Source of the DNA: Planctomycetota bacterium
GTDB taxonomy: Bacteria > Planctomycetota > Phycisphaerae > Phycisphaerales > Phycisphaeraceae
Direction: 5' to 3'
Assembly: GCA_039818285.1 (NCBI GenBank)
Contig: JBCBUE010000020.1
Coordinates: forward strand, 16,830-48,829
Length of the DNA stretch: 32,000 nucleotides
Shown here: piece after piece, positions 1 to 11,578 of the stretch
Position numbering within the stretch: the stretch's first letter is position 1
How the letters are laid out: every line of letters starts with the position of its first letter
The notes under the pieces: model-generated
What the model saw: the letters and a program-made list of their open reading frames with translations, nothing else
Databases searched by the model: none
Told to the model about the DNA's origin: nothing
Translations under genes and position numbers: made by a program

Positions 1-1191
1 CTGCGTCTCATCGCCGAGCACGACCCCAACGCCCACACCGCCGCCGTCGGCTTCTTCGTCAACGCCGGCGCCCGCGACGAGGCCCCGCCGGTCATGGGCG
101 TCTCGCACTTCCTCGAGCACATGATGTTCAAGGGCACCGAGCGACGCACCGCCGACGACGTCAACCGCGAGTTCGACGAGATCGGCGCGAACTACAACGC
201 CTTTACGTCCCACGAGCAGACCGTCTACTGGGCCCACGTCCTGCCCGAGATGCTCGACCGTGCGGTCGACCTGCTGGCCGACATGCTCCGCCCCTCGCTG
301 CGCGAGGGCGACTTCGACATGGAGAAGAACGTCATCCTCGAGGAGATCGGGATGTACGACGACCGCCCCGAGTGGCGGCTGCAGGACGCGTTGCTCGAGG
401 CGTACTTCAAGGGCCACCCGCTGAGCCACCGCGTGCTGGGCACGCCCGACACGATCAAGCCGCTGACCGCCGAGCAGATGCGGGCCTATTTCGAGTCGCG
501 CTACGCGGCCGACAACATCGTCGTTGCCGCGGCGGGCAACTTCGACCCCGACCGCCTCACGGGGCTGGTGGGCGAACGCACGACCCACTGGAAACCCTCC
601 GGCGTCGCGCGCGACCACGGCACGCCGCCCGCCATGGACTACGCCACCACCATCGCCGACGACCGCGTCAGCCGGCACTACCTCGCGATGCTCACCCCGG
701 CGCCGTCCCACCAGGACGAGCTGCGCTACGCCGCCAAGGTCTTCGCCGACGTCGTGGGGGATCAGGAGGGGTCCCGCCTGTACTGGGCATTGGTCGAGCC
801 GGGGGTCGCCGAGGAGGCGGACCTGTCGTTCTGGCCGCACGACGGCGTCGGGGCGTACATGGCCGGCGCGGTCTGCGACAAGACCCAGGCCGACGACGTC
901 GAGGGCCGGCTGATCGACACGATGACGCGAGCCCTGACCGACGAGCCGCCGACCGACGACGAGATCGAGCGGGCCAAGAACAAGCTGGCCACGCGGATCA
1001 CCCTGCGGGGCGAGCGGCCGCAGGGCCGGATGCAGTCGATCGGCCTGCAGTGGCTGTACCGGCGGGAGTACACGCCGCTGACCGAGGAGCTCGCGGCGTT
1101 GCGGGCCGTGACGCGCGACCAGATCGTCGCGCTCAACGCCGCCTATCCGCTGACGCCGCGCGCCGTGATCCGGCTCACCCCCAAGGACTGA
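1..1191 (+). CDS. M16 (pitrilysin/insulinase) family zinc peptidase, 5' end cut by window edge
   Basis: Frame 1 is open from base 1, so the listed ATG at 94 is internal. The inverted zinc motif HxxEH is present as HFLEH in ...GVSHFLEHMMFKGTERRT. Stop is TGA at 1189-1191. Confidence 0.85.
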   Translation: MRLIAEHDPNAHTAAVGFFVNAGARDEAPPVMGVSHFLEHMMFKGTERRTADDVNREFDEIGANYNAFTSHEQTVYWAHVLPEMLDRAVDLLADMLRPSLREGDFDMEKNVILEEIGMYDDRPEWRLQDALLEAYFKGHPLSHRVLGTPDTIKPLTAEQMRAYFESRYAADNIVVAAAGNFDPDRLTGLVGERTTHWKPSGVARDHGTPPAMDYATTIADDRVSRHYLAMLTPAPSHQDELRYAAKVFADVVGDQEGSRLYWALVEPGVAEEADLSFWPHDGVGAYMAGAVCDKTQADDVEGRLIDTMTRALTDEPPTDDEIERAKNKLATRITLRGERPQGRMQSIGLQWLYRREYTPLTEELAALRAVTRDQIVALNAAYPLTPRAVIRLTPKD

Positions 1192-1195
1192 CGCG

Positions 1196-1528
1196 ATGCC
1201 CGACGACGATGCCCCGCCGCCGATGACCGGCCCGGACCTCGCGAACAAGAAGCTCGCCGCCGGGCTCACGGGCATCCTGCTGGGCGCGTTCGGGGTGCAC
1301 AAGTTCATCCTCGGCTACCAGAACGAGGGCATCATCATGCTCGCGATCAGCCTCACCGGGCTCGCGTCCGGCCTGGTCGGCGGGTTCATCTGCTGCCTGC
1401 CGGCGACCCTGCTGATGGCCCCGACGGTCCTGGGCGTCATCGGGCTCATCGAGGGGATCATCTATCTCACGATGCCCGACGAGCAGTTCGCCCGGACGTA
1501 CGTCATCGGTCGCAAGCCGTGGTTCTGA
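1196..1528 (+). CDS. TM2 domain-containing small membrane protein
   Basis: ATG lies 5 nt after the M16 stop. KKLAAGLTGILLGAFGVHKFILGY matches the TM2 G-x-x-G-x-H-x-F-x-x-G signature. Two to three hydrophobic helices are visible. Confidence 0.6.
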   Translation: MPDDDAPPPMTGPDLANKKLAAGLTGILLGAFGVHKFILGYQNEGIIMLAISLTGLASGLVGGFICCLPATLLMAPTVLGVIGLIEGIIYLTMPDEQFARTYVIGRKPWF

Positions 1529-1588
1529 GCCGCCGCCTCGCAGGCCTGAGACCCGGCCCGCCGCCGCCCCCAGGCCCGGAGAACTCGC

Positions 1589-1616
1589 TTGCCATGCGAC
1601 GCCACGCCGCTAAGGT
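1589..1616 (+). promoter_or_regulatory. sigma70-like promoter candidate (TTGCCA-N16-TAAGGT)
   Basis: Hexamers at 1589-1594 and 1611-1616 lie in the only sizeable non-coding gap of this gene string, about 50 nt upstream of the 46-codon ORF. Sequence pattern only. Confidence 0.2.
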
Positions 1617-1667
1617 GCGTGCGTTCGCGACCTGCTTTCTCTCTTTCCAATTGTCAGGGGACAAGAC

Positions 1668-1808
1668 ATGCCTCAAGGTGAAGAACTCGCCCTCGGCCTG
1701 AACAAAAACGGCTTCATCATCTTCCTGCTGCTCGTGTTCATCTGCCTGCCGCTGTGCTGGATCCCGTTCGTCGTGGATTCGCTCAAGGCCGAGAAGCCCA
1801 ACCCGTAA
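1668..1808 (+). CDS. unlisted 46-aa small membrane protein (MPQGEELALGLNKNGFIIFLLLVFICLPLCWIPFVVDSLKAEKPNP)
   Basis: ATG at 1668 is preceded by GGGGA 8 nt upstream; stop is TAA at 1806-1808. It has one strongly hydrophobic helix and high third-position G+C. It is below the size cut-off of the ORF track and sits between two membrane-protein genes on the same strand. Confidence 0.35.
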   Translation: MPQGEELALGLNKNGFIIFLLLVFICLPLCWIPFVVDSLKAEKPNP

Positions 1809-1814
1809 GGCCTC

Positions 1815-2192
1815 GTGTCGGCCCTGACGCGAGCGACCTGGCAGTCGGTCGGCTGGACCGTCGCGCTCGGCTATGTCGCGTGGAACGCGGCCTGGCTGTC
1901 GCGTGGAACGCTGGCGCCGTCGGCGCTGACCTGGTTCACCGACGTCCCCTCGCCGACAACGGGCGGCACGCGAGCCATGCTCGCCCTCTGGCACGGCGAC
2001 GCCGCGGCCAGCCTCGCCTTGCACCCGCTGGCCCTGCCCATCCTGGGGCTGCTGGTCGCCACCCTCGCCCGACTGGCGTGGCTGATCTGGCGGCGGCAAC
2101 CCGTCAGGCTGCACGCTCGCTGGGTAGCGATATGGGGTGCGGTGTTGGGCGCAGCCTGGGTCGTCCAACTCGCCAACCCGGCGATCTGGTGA
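1815..2192 (+). CDS. DUF2752-like membrane protein
   Basis: GTG start. ...VPSPTTGGTRAMLALWHGDAAASLALHPLAL resembles the DUF2752 core (CPxCGxTRA...G...A...NP), but both cysteines are replaced. Multiple TM helices. Confidence 0.5.
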   Translation: MSALTRATWQSVGWTVALGYVAWNAAWLSRGTLAPSALTWFTDVPSPTTGGTRAMLALWHGDAAASLALHPLALPILGLLVATLARLAWLIWRRQPVRLHARWVAIWGAVLGAAWVVQLANPAIW

Positions 2193-2239
2193 CCGGCGTA
2201 TGCCATGCCACGCTCGAGCCGCTGACTTAAGCTGCCGCC

Positions 2240-2629
2240 ATGGACAATTCGCCCACCGAGCCGGACCCCACGCCTTCCCCCGCCCCCGCTTCGATCCCGC
2301 CGACCTCGCCGGTCGGTGCGTCGGAGCAGGACACGATGGGGCTGGTGTCGGTCATCCTCTCGTCGGTCGGACTGGTCGGCGCCTTCAGCGGCTGTCTGTG
2401 CCTGCCGGTGGGCTTGCTCGGGCTGATGTGCCCGGCCGGCGCGATTACCGGCTGGCTCGCACGACGCAAGCGGCCCGACAGCCCGCTGGGCTTGATCGGG
2501 TTCATCATCGGCCTGGTGGGCACGCTGCTCGTCTTGCTGCTGCTGATCCTGGCGGCGATCGGCATCACCGCGGCCGTCCTCGACGCCCAGCAAAGCGGCT
2601 CGTCCTCCCCGACGCCGTGGGCGCCTTGA
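2240..2629 (+). CDS. DUF4190-like small membrane protein with Pro-rich N-terminus
   Basis: It has a hydrophobic pair of helices flanking a basic loop (GLVSVILSSVGLVGAF...ITGWLARRKRPDSPLGLIGFIIGLVGTLLVLLLLIL). Third-position G+C is coding-like. Confidence 0.5.
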   Translation: MDNSPTEPDPTPSPAPASIPPTSPVGASEQDTMGLVSVILSSVGLVGAFSGCLCLPVGLLGLMCPAGAITGWLARRKRPDSPLGLIGFIIGLVGTLLVLLLLILAAIGITAAVLDAQQSGSSSPTPWAP

Positions 2630-2651
2630 TCATCCGCCGTACGCTGCCTCG

Positions 2652-3869
2652 ATGGACCCCGTCGCGGACATCCTCGATGAGCTCTCGGCCGGCCGGATGA
2701 TCGTCCTGGCCGACGACGCCTCGCGCGAGAACGAGGGCGACCTCGTCGTCGCCGCCGAGCACGCCACGCCCGAGGCGATCAACTTCATGCTCACCGAAGG
2801 CCGAGGCATGATGTGCGTCGCGCTCGACGGGCCGACCTGCGACCGCCTCGCGCTCGACCCCCTCAGCCGCATCAACACCTCGCAGCGCTCGACCGCCTAC
2901 ACCGTGACCGTCGACGCCGCCGAGCGTTTCGGCATCACCACCGGCGTCTCGGCAAACGACCGCTCGACCACCACCACGCGCCTGGCCGACCCCGACGCCA
3001 CGCCCCGCGACTTCGACCGGCCGGGCCACGTCCAGCCGCTGCGCTCGCGCGACGGCGGCGTCCTCGTCCGGGCCGGGCAGACCGAGGGATCGGTCGACCT
3101 CTGCAAGCTCGCGGGCCTGCGCCCCGCGGCCGTGATCATCGAGGTCATGAACGCCGACGGCACCATGGCCCGACGCGACGACCTCGCCCGACTCTGCGAC
3201 ACCCACGGCCTGAAGATGTGCACCGTCGCCGACGTCATCCAGCACCGACTCGAGCAGGATCGCCTCGTCGAGCGCATCGCCGACCAGCCCATCGACACCG
3301 CCTTCGGCCCGTTCCGCCTGATCGCCTACCGCGCCGCCGTCGACAGCCTGCCCCACGTCGCGCTGGTCAAGGGCGACCTCGCGCGGCGGGACGACCGCCA
3401 CCGCCCGATCGACCGCGACGACCCCGTCCTCGTCCGCATGCACTCGCAGAACCTGCTCGGCGACGTCTTCGCCGAGACCACGACTCACTCGTCATCAACC
3501 CTCCGCGCCGCGATGCGCATGATCCAGCAGCGCGGCCGCGGCGCGATCGTCTACCTCCGCCACGAGCGCATGGGCACCGGCCTGCTCCGCGAGTTGCAGA
3601 CCCTCCGCCACCCCACCGGCTCGCCCCTCGACGACGCCCAGCCCGACCACCCCATCACCGGACCCACGTCCGCCGACGACGCCCTCTCGGCCGCGACCAC
3701 GACCACCCGCCGCGACCAGGCCGCCTACGGCATCGGCTCGCAGATCCTCCGCGACCTCGGCGTGCGACGGCTCGAGCTCATCACCGACCACCCCTTCACG
3801 CCTACCGCCCTGTCCGGCTTCGGCCTGACCATCGATCGGTTCGTCCCGGTCGAACCGGCCCCCGCGTAA
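2652..3869 (+). CDS. ribBA: bifunctional-type RibBA: 3,4-dihydroxy-2-butanone-4-phosphate synthase plus degenerate GTP cyclohydrolase II-like domain
   Basis: The N-half has canonical DHBP synthase motifs (GRMIVLADDASRENEGDLVVAAEHATPEAINFM, GRGMMCVAL, RAGQTEGSVDL). The C-half aligns to GCH II (VRMHS...LGDVF...GRGAIVYLRHE...YGIGSQILRDLGV) but lacks the Cys triad. Confidence 0.85.
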   Translation: MDPVADILDELSAGRMIVLADDASRENEGDLVVAAEHATPEAINFMLTEGRGMMCVALDGPTCDRLALDPLSRINTSQRSTAYTVTVDAAERFGITTGVSANDRSTTTTRLADPDATPRDFDRPGHVQPLRSRDGGVLVRAGQTEGSVDLCKLAGLRPAAVIIEVMNADGTMARRDDLARLCDTHGLKMCTVADVIQHRLEQDRLVERIADQPIDTAFGPFRLIAYRAAVDSLPHVALVKGDLARRDDRHRPIDRDDPVLVRMHSQNLLGDVFAETTTHSSSTLRAAMRMIQQRGRGAIVYLRHERMGTGLLRELQTLRHPTGSPLDDAQPDHPITGPTSADDALSAATTTTRRDQAAYGIGSQILRDLGVRRLELITDHPFTPTALSGFGLTIDRFVPVEPAPA

Positions 3870-3892
3870 CCCGGGACGCCGGGCGAACCCGG

Positions 3893-4282
3893 TCAGTCCG
3901 GCAGGCGTGAGCCGGGCACGATGCGGTTGCTGTACCCCTGGGAGATCGGGGCGTCGTCGCCCGCGGGCTCGGCCTCGCCGGCCGAGGCGACGCGGGTGTA
4001 GCCGCCGTCGGTCTCGGTCTTGACCGGCTCGATCTCGCGGCGGTTGCGGGCCTCGTTGACGGTCAGCGGTCGGCCGTTGAACGGCTCGCCGGCGAGCTTC
4101 TCGATGGCTTCACGACCGGCCTCGAGGTCGGTCATCTGCACGAAGCCGTAGCCCTTGGGCCGGCCGGTCTCCCGATCCACGATCAGGGTGACCTTGCCGA
4201 CCTCGCCGTACTGGCCGAAATGCTCACGGAGTTCGCTCTCCGTGGTGTCGTAGGGCATGTTGCCGACGTAAATGTTGATCAC
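3893..4282 (-). CDS. RRM-type RNA-binding protein
   Basis: RNP-2 is IYVGNM and RNP-1 is KGYGFVQM, within an ~80-aa RRM. A ~45-aa C-terminal tail follows. Confidence 0.85.
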   Translation of the reverse strand: MINIYVGNMPYDTTESELREHFGQYGEVGKVTLIVDRETGRPKGYGFVQMTDLEAGREAIEKLAGEPFNGRPLTVNEARNRREIEPVKTETDGGYTRVASAGEAEPAGDDAPISQGYSNRIVPGSRLPD

Positions 4283-4592
4283 GGTGTGGGTTCTCTGCTC
4301 GACTCAGGTCTGCGGGACCCGCCCTCTGGCCACGCGGGCCTTCCACCGCACCCCGCGACGCGTCGAGCCGTGTCGTGGCGGGGCTTGAGGAGCTGCAGGC
4401 GGGCTCCGGTATGTGCGCGGGGTGAGAAAACGGCGGGACTCCGCGACATCAGCCACGGAGCCCAATCAAAATAGCCCGATTCCGACCGCTCGGCAACGAC
4501 GCGCGTCAACGAAGTGATTTCTTCGCTCGCCCGGGCCCGCCCATCGCGATTCCGCGGTACCCTCGACTTAACTCGACTTCCGGAGGCACCCC

Positions 4593-5678
4593 GTGCAGCA
4601 ACCCCCCGCACCGACGTTCGACGACGCCGATCAGGGCACGTCGACCCTCGCGATCGTCTCGCTCTGCCTGGCCATCTTCGGCTTCGTCACGATCTGCGCC
4701 GGCGTCGGCGTGGCGGTCTGCCTGGTCGCCCTGATCCTCGGCGTCGTCGCCATGAACAACATCTCCGCCTCGGGCAACCGCCTCGGCGGGCACGGCCTCG
4801 CCCTGGCCGGCACCATCATCGGCGGCGTCGGCACCGCCTCGGCCCTGCTCATCATCCCCCTGATGATCGGCATCATGCTCCCCGCGCTCGGCGCCGCCCG
4901 ACGCACCGCCCGCCAGATGCAAAACAACACCCAGGTCCGCGGCATCCACCAGTCCATGGTGATGTATGCCCAGTCCAACAACTCGATGTTCCCCGGCCTC
5001 ACCCCCGACGGCAACGTCCTCGTCGACGCCAATACCCCCTACCCCGGCGGCGTCAACGGCGGCCACCCCGCCGAGCGACTCGAACTGCTCCTCGACGGCA
5101 ACTACTTCACCGGCGAATACGCCATCTCCCCGGTCGAGACCGGCCTGACCGAATGGCAAGGCGGCCAGGTCAACGAAGACAACTACTCTTACGCCATGCT
5201 CCGCATCGCCGCCGGCAACACCGGCAGCCAGACCTGGCGCAAGCCCCCCGGTCAGCCCGCCCCCCGCTCCGGGTTGTACGGCAACCAGCCCGTCGAACCC
5301 ATGAGCGACAGCGTCTCCGAGTGGTCCGAAACCCTCAACACCGAGGCCCCCGTCCTTGGCGACCGCAACACCGGCGCCGACGCCACCACCCAGGTCTCCT
5401 CCATCCACACCCCGCTCAACTCCGGCGACTGGCGCGGCAGCGTCGCCTGGAACGACAACCACGTCGTTTTCGAGACCTACCAGACCCTGAGCACGCGCTT
5501 CGGCAGCGGCCCGTACAACGACAACTTCAGCGGCACCGGCGACAACCTCTTCGTCGACAGCGACGGCGCCCCCCTCTCCGGCAACGGCGTCGCCAACGCC
5601 GCCTGGGTCTATTCCGACGCCGTCACGTATGTCGACCAGCAGCCCAGCCTGGGCACGGCGGACAGCAGCCCGCAGTAG
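4593..5678 (+). CDS. pseudopilin-like (DUF1559 / H-X9-DG-type) protein with a DUF4190-like N-terminal membrane module
   Basis: GGAGG at 4582-4586 precedes GTG at 4593. The N-terminus (LAIVSLCLAIFGF...LILGVVAMNNISASGNRLGGHGLALAGTIIGGVG) is DUF4190-like. Next comes IMLPALGAARRTARQMQNNTQVRGIHQSMVMYAQSNN, typical of planctomycetal type II pseudopilin-like proteins. The C-terminus has IHTPLNSGDWRGSVAWNDNHVVF, an H-X9-GS variant of H-X9-DG. Confidence 0.6.
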   Translation: MQQPPAPTFDDADQGTSTLAIVSLCLAIFGFVTICAGVGVAVCLVALILGVVAMNNISASGNRLGGHGLALAGTIIGGVGTASALLIIPLMIGIMLPALGAARRTARQMQNNTQVRGIHQSMVMYAQSNNSMFPGLTPDGNVLVDANTPYPGGVNGGHPAERLELLLDGNYFTGEYAISPVETGLTEWQGGQVNEDNYSYAMLRIAAGNTGSQTWRKPPGQPAPRSGLYGNQPVEPMSDSVSEWSETLNTEAPVLGDRNTGADATTQVSSIHTPLNSGDWRGSVAWNDNHVVFETYQTLSTRFGSGPYNDNFSGTGDNLFVDSDGAPLSGNGVANAAWVYSDAVTYVDQQPSLGTADSSPQ

Positions 5679-5773
5679 GTCTCCGACCGAGTCGGCTTAG
5701 TTCGTTTGCCTGACATTGATTGATAGACCGTTTGATGGACACTCTTCCATCGATCACGAATAACAGTCCGGGG

Positions 5774-5801
5774 TGTCTTGCAAACGACCGTTTGTGATAC
5801 A
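5774..5801. other. crossover-site-like palindrome (13-nt inverted half-sites around a 2-nt core)
   Basis: TGTCTTGCAAACG-AC-CGTTTGTGATACA, with 10/13 half-site symmetry, lies about 20 nt upstream of the recombinase remnant. Further direct copies of the half-site CGTTTG-N4-5-ACA occur at 5703-5715 and 5729-5741. Confidence 0.35.
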
Positions 5802-5819
5802 CCAACAGAAGGGGGCTAA

Positions 5820-5942
5820 CCCACGCTCATCGGCTATGCCCGCGTCTCCAAAGCGGACCGCTCCCAATCCCTGGACCTCCAACGTGACGCCCTCGTCGCC
5901 GCCGTTCTAGAACGCACGAGCAGAAAAACTCGGGCTAGTTGA
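5820..5942 (+). pseudogene. serine recombinase (resolvase/invertase) N-terminal remnant, no start codon, truncated after ~27 codons
   Basis: Translation PTLIGYARVSKADRSQSLDLQRDALVAA carries the catalytic-serine motif GYARVS of small serine recombinases. An in-frame TAA (5817-5819) lies immediately upstream, so there is no start. Homology ends near 5903 and the frame runs into unrelated sequence up to TGA at 5940-5942. Confidence 0.6.
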
Positions 5943-6564
5943 AACTACTTCTTTTCCGATACCGACGGACAAGCAGAAGAGTACCGATAACACAGAGCGT
6001 TGCCGACCCTGGCTCGGGGACTACGTTAAGTGTAAACGTGTCGCGCCCGATTGCCGTTTCCCAACTCCATTCATAGCTTCCAGGCTCAATCCCTAGCGAA
6101 CTAAAAGAGGTGTTCTCATAGGTAGCTGAACCAGAAACCGGGGTACCTTCGACGTAATTTTCAGGCAAAAGTAAGAAAAATTGGCTTCTGAACCCAAGGC
6201 CGAAGAAATCACCCGAAGAAGAAGAAGCGGCTGTGACGTTCAATCCAGGCCCGATTGCAGTTGGCCCGGTGAACTGGGGCGTTCTAAAAACCGCCTCAAG
6301 TCCAGGATTAGTTGTTGAATTAGCGTCACCGCCTAGAACCACAGCGGCGAATGGATATATGGCTGGATTGCTTGTTGGAAGTACCGACACCGGTTCAAGT
6401 GGGTTTACAACAGCGCTTATGTCAGGCGTACCCCCGCCGGAGAAAACGATGTCATTGCCAACAGGCACCGCATTGACGACGATAGCAGCTTCGGAAGTGC
6501 TGGAAGCACAGGCGATTGTTGCCAAAACAATGATTTGCAAGGCCGAGCTTTTATTTCGCATCAT
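5935..6564 (-). CDS. PEP-CTERM sorting-domain secreted protein
   Basis: GGAGA lies 7 nt upstream of ATGATG. The signal peptide is MMRNKSSALQIIVLATIACASSTSEAA. The C-terminus VPEPGSATLCVIGTLLLVRRYRKR shows PEP motif, TM helix and basic tail. The gene is low in G+C. Confidence 0.8.
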   Translation of the reverse strand: MMRNKSSALQIIVLATIACASSTSEAAIVVNAVPVGNDIVFSGGGTPDISAVVNPLEPVSVLPTSNPAIYPFAAVVLGGDANSTTNPGLEAVFRTPQFTGPTAIGPGLNVTAASSSSGDFFGLGFRSQFFLLLPENYVEGTPVSGSATYENTSFSSLGIEPGSYEWSWETAIGRDTFTLNVVPEPGSATLCVIGTLLLVRRYRKRSSFN

Positions 6565-6775
6565 CTCTTATCTCCACGATACGGAGTACGATACAGCATT
6601 TCTCGATTTTGCGACTTGGGTCAAGTTAAATTCGGGATAGTATTTGGTTCGAGCGTGTCTGAACTGCAGCAACCCAGACAGCGCCACGAGGTCCACACTA
6701 GCGAGTAATCCAGATTCTCTCATTCGCAATTGAACATAAGCGAAATACTCTGACTACTCCCAGCACCATAAGTCG

Positions 6776-10552
<3,777 letters not shown>

Positions 10553-10641
10553 AACCGCGTGCTCGTGGCGTGGAGTGGACTGGCGCGGACCGCACCCCGC
10601 CAACGGCTGACCGTCGGCGAAACCCGTAGCCTAGACACTGC

Positions 10642-11565
10642 TTGCACACCCGGCAACGCGATGCGTCGCGCCGCCCGATAACTCACCGATCCTTGACCGC
10701 CGAAACGCTCCAGACCGTCGTCGTCGCCTGCCTGGCCGGCCTGTCCGTGGCCGTGTTGGCCGTGCTGCGCGTGCACCGACCGCGACGCTTGGCCACGGCG
10801 CCCGACCGCCGGTTCCCGTGGGGTGTCGGCGTGCTGCTCGTCGGGCTGGCGGTTTTCGGGATGATGAGTTTCGCTTTTGGCGGGATGGCGATCTCGCTGG
10901 GGCTCGTGTCGCCGGACGACGCCGACCCGCCGCCCGCGCGGGTGCTGGCGGTCACGCTGCTTGGCCAGGCGTTGATCTATGTCCCGTTGGCGGTGCTGCT
11001 TGTCGGTCTGGCGCGGCGCGAGCCCAACGGCCTGCGACGGGTCGGCCTGGTCGATCGTCGATGGGTTCGTCACGCGCTGCTCGGCCTGGGCGGGCTGCTG
11101 CTCGTGCTGCCGATCATCTTCTTCACGTCGCTCATCGCGACCGCGATCACGGCGGCGCTGGGGGAAGCGCCTTCCGAGATCGCGCACGAGCTGCTGAAGA
11201 CGATGTTCGCGGCGCCGCCGACGGTGCGGCTGGGCTTTGTGGTCTCGGCCGTGGTGCTCGCGCCGGTGCTCGAAGAGCTGCTGTTCCGGGGGTTGCTGCA
11301 GACGACGCTGCTCAACCTGGCTCGCCCGATGCCGGCCGCGCCGCGTCGTTGGCTGGCGATCGGTGTGACGACCGTGGTGTTCGTGCTGGCCCACGGCGGG
11401 GTCGCCTCGCCCCACGCGCTGCCGGCCCTGACGGTGCTGTCGATTACGCTGGGCTATCAGTACGAGCGGACGCGCTCGCTGATCACGCCGATCGCCTGCC
11501 ACGCGGGCTTTAATGCGGTAAACATCGGGCTCGCGTCGCTGATCGTCTCGTCGCCGCCCGGCTAA
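10642..11565 (+). CDS. CPBP family intramembrane glutamic endopeptidase (CAAX protease-like)
   Basis: APVLEELLFRGLLQ (EExxxR), FVLAHG and CHAGFNAVN motifs with multiple TM helices. Start is uncertain: TTG at 10642 or TTG at 10693. Confidence 0.8.
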   Translation: MHTRQRDASRRPITHRSLTAETLQTVVVACLAGLSVAVLAVLRVHRPRRLATAPDRRFPWGVGVLLVGLAVFGMMSFAFGGMAISLGLVSPDDADPPPARVLAVTLLGQALIYVPLAVLLVGLARREPNGLRRVGLVDRRWVRHALLGLGGLLLVLPIIFFTSLIATAITAALGEAPSEIAHELLKTMFAAPPTVRLGFVVSAVVLAPVLEELLFRGLLQTTLLNLARPMPAAPRRWLAIGVTTVVFVLAHGGVASPHALPALTVLSITLGYQYERTRSLITPIACHAGFNAVNIGLASLIVSSPPG

Positions 11566-11578
11566 CCGGCCGACCGCC

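Larger units (their letters stand above)
5679..6775. other. low-G+C island between two convergent gene ends
   Basis: Composition drops visibly, to roughly 45-50% by eye, from the stop of the pseudopilin-like gene to the stop of the SNF2 gene. The island contains a recombinase remnant, a palindromic site and a PEP-CTERM gene. Confidence 0.55.

Noticed and set aside
3879-3892. Hairpin CCGGG-CGAA-CCCGG between convergent ribBA and RRM genes as a bidirectional terminator
   Set aside because: The stem is only 5 bp and there is no U-tract on either strand, so it is too weak to call.
6233-6640. 135-aa plus-strand ORF overlapping the PEP-CTERM gene
   Set aside because: It is antisense to a gene with SD, signal peptide and PEP-CTERM tail, and has no features of its own.
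6640-6662. tRNA-like T-loop string GGTTCGAGC
   Set aside because: The flanking bases cannot form a T-stem (TTTGG versus GTGTC), and no acceptor or anticodon arms are evident.
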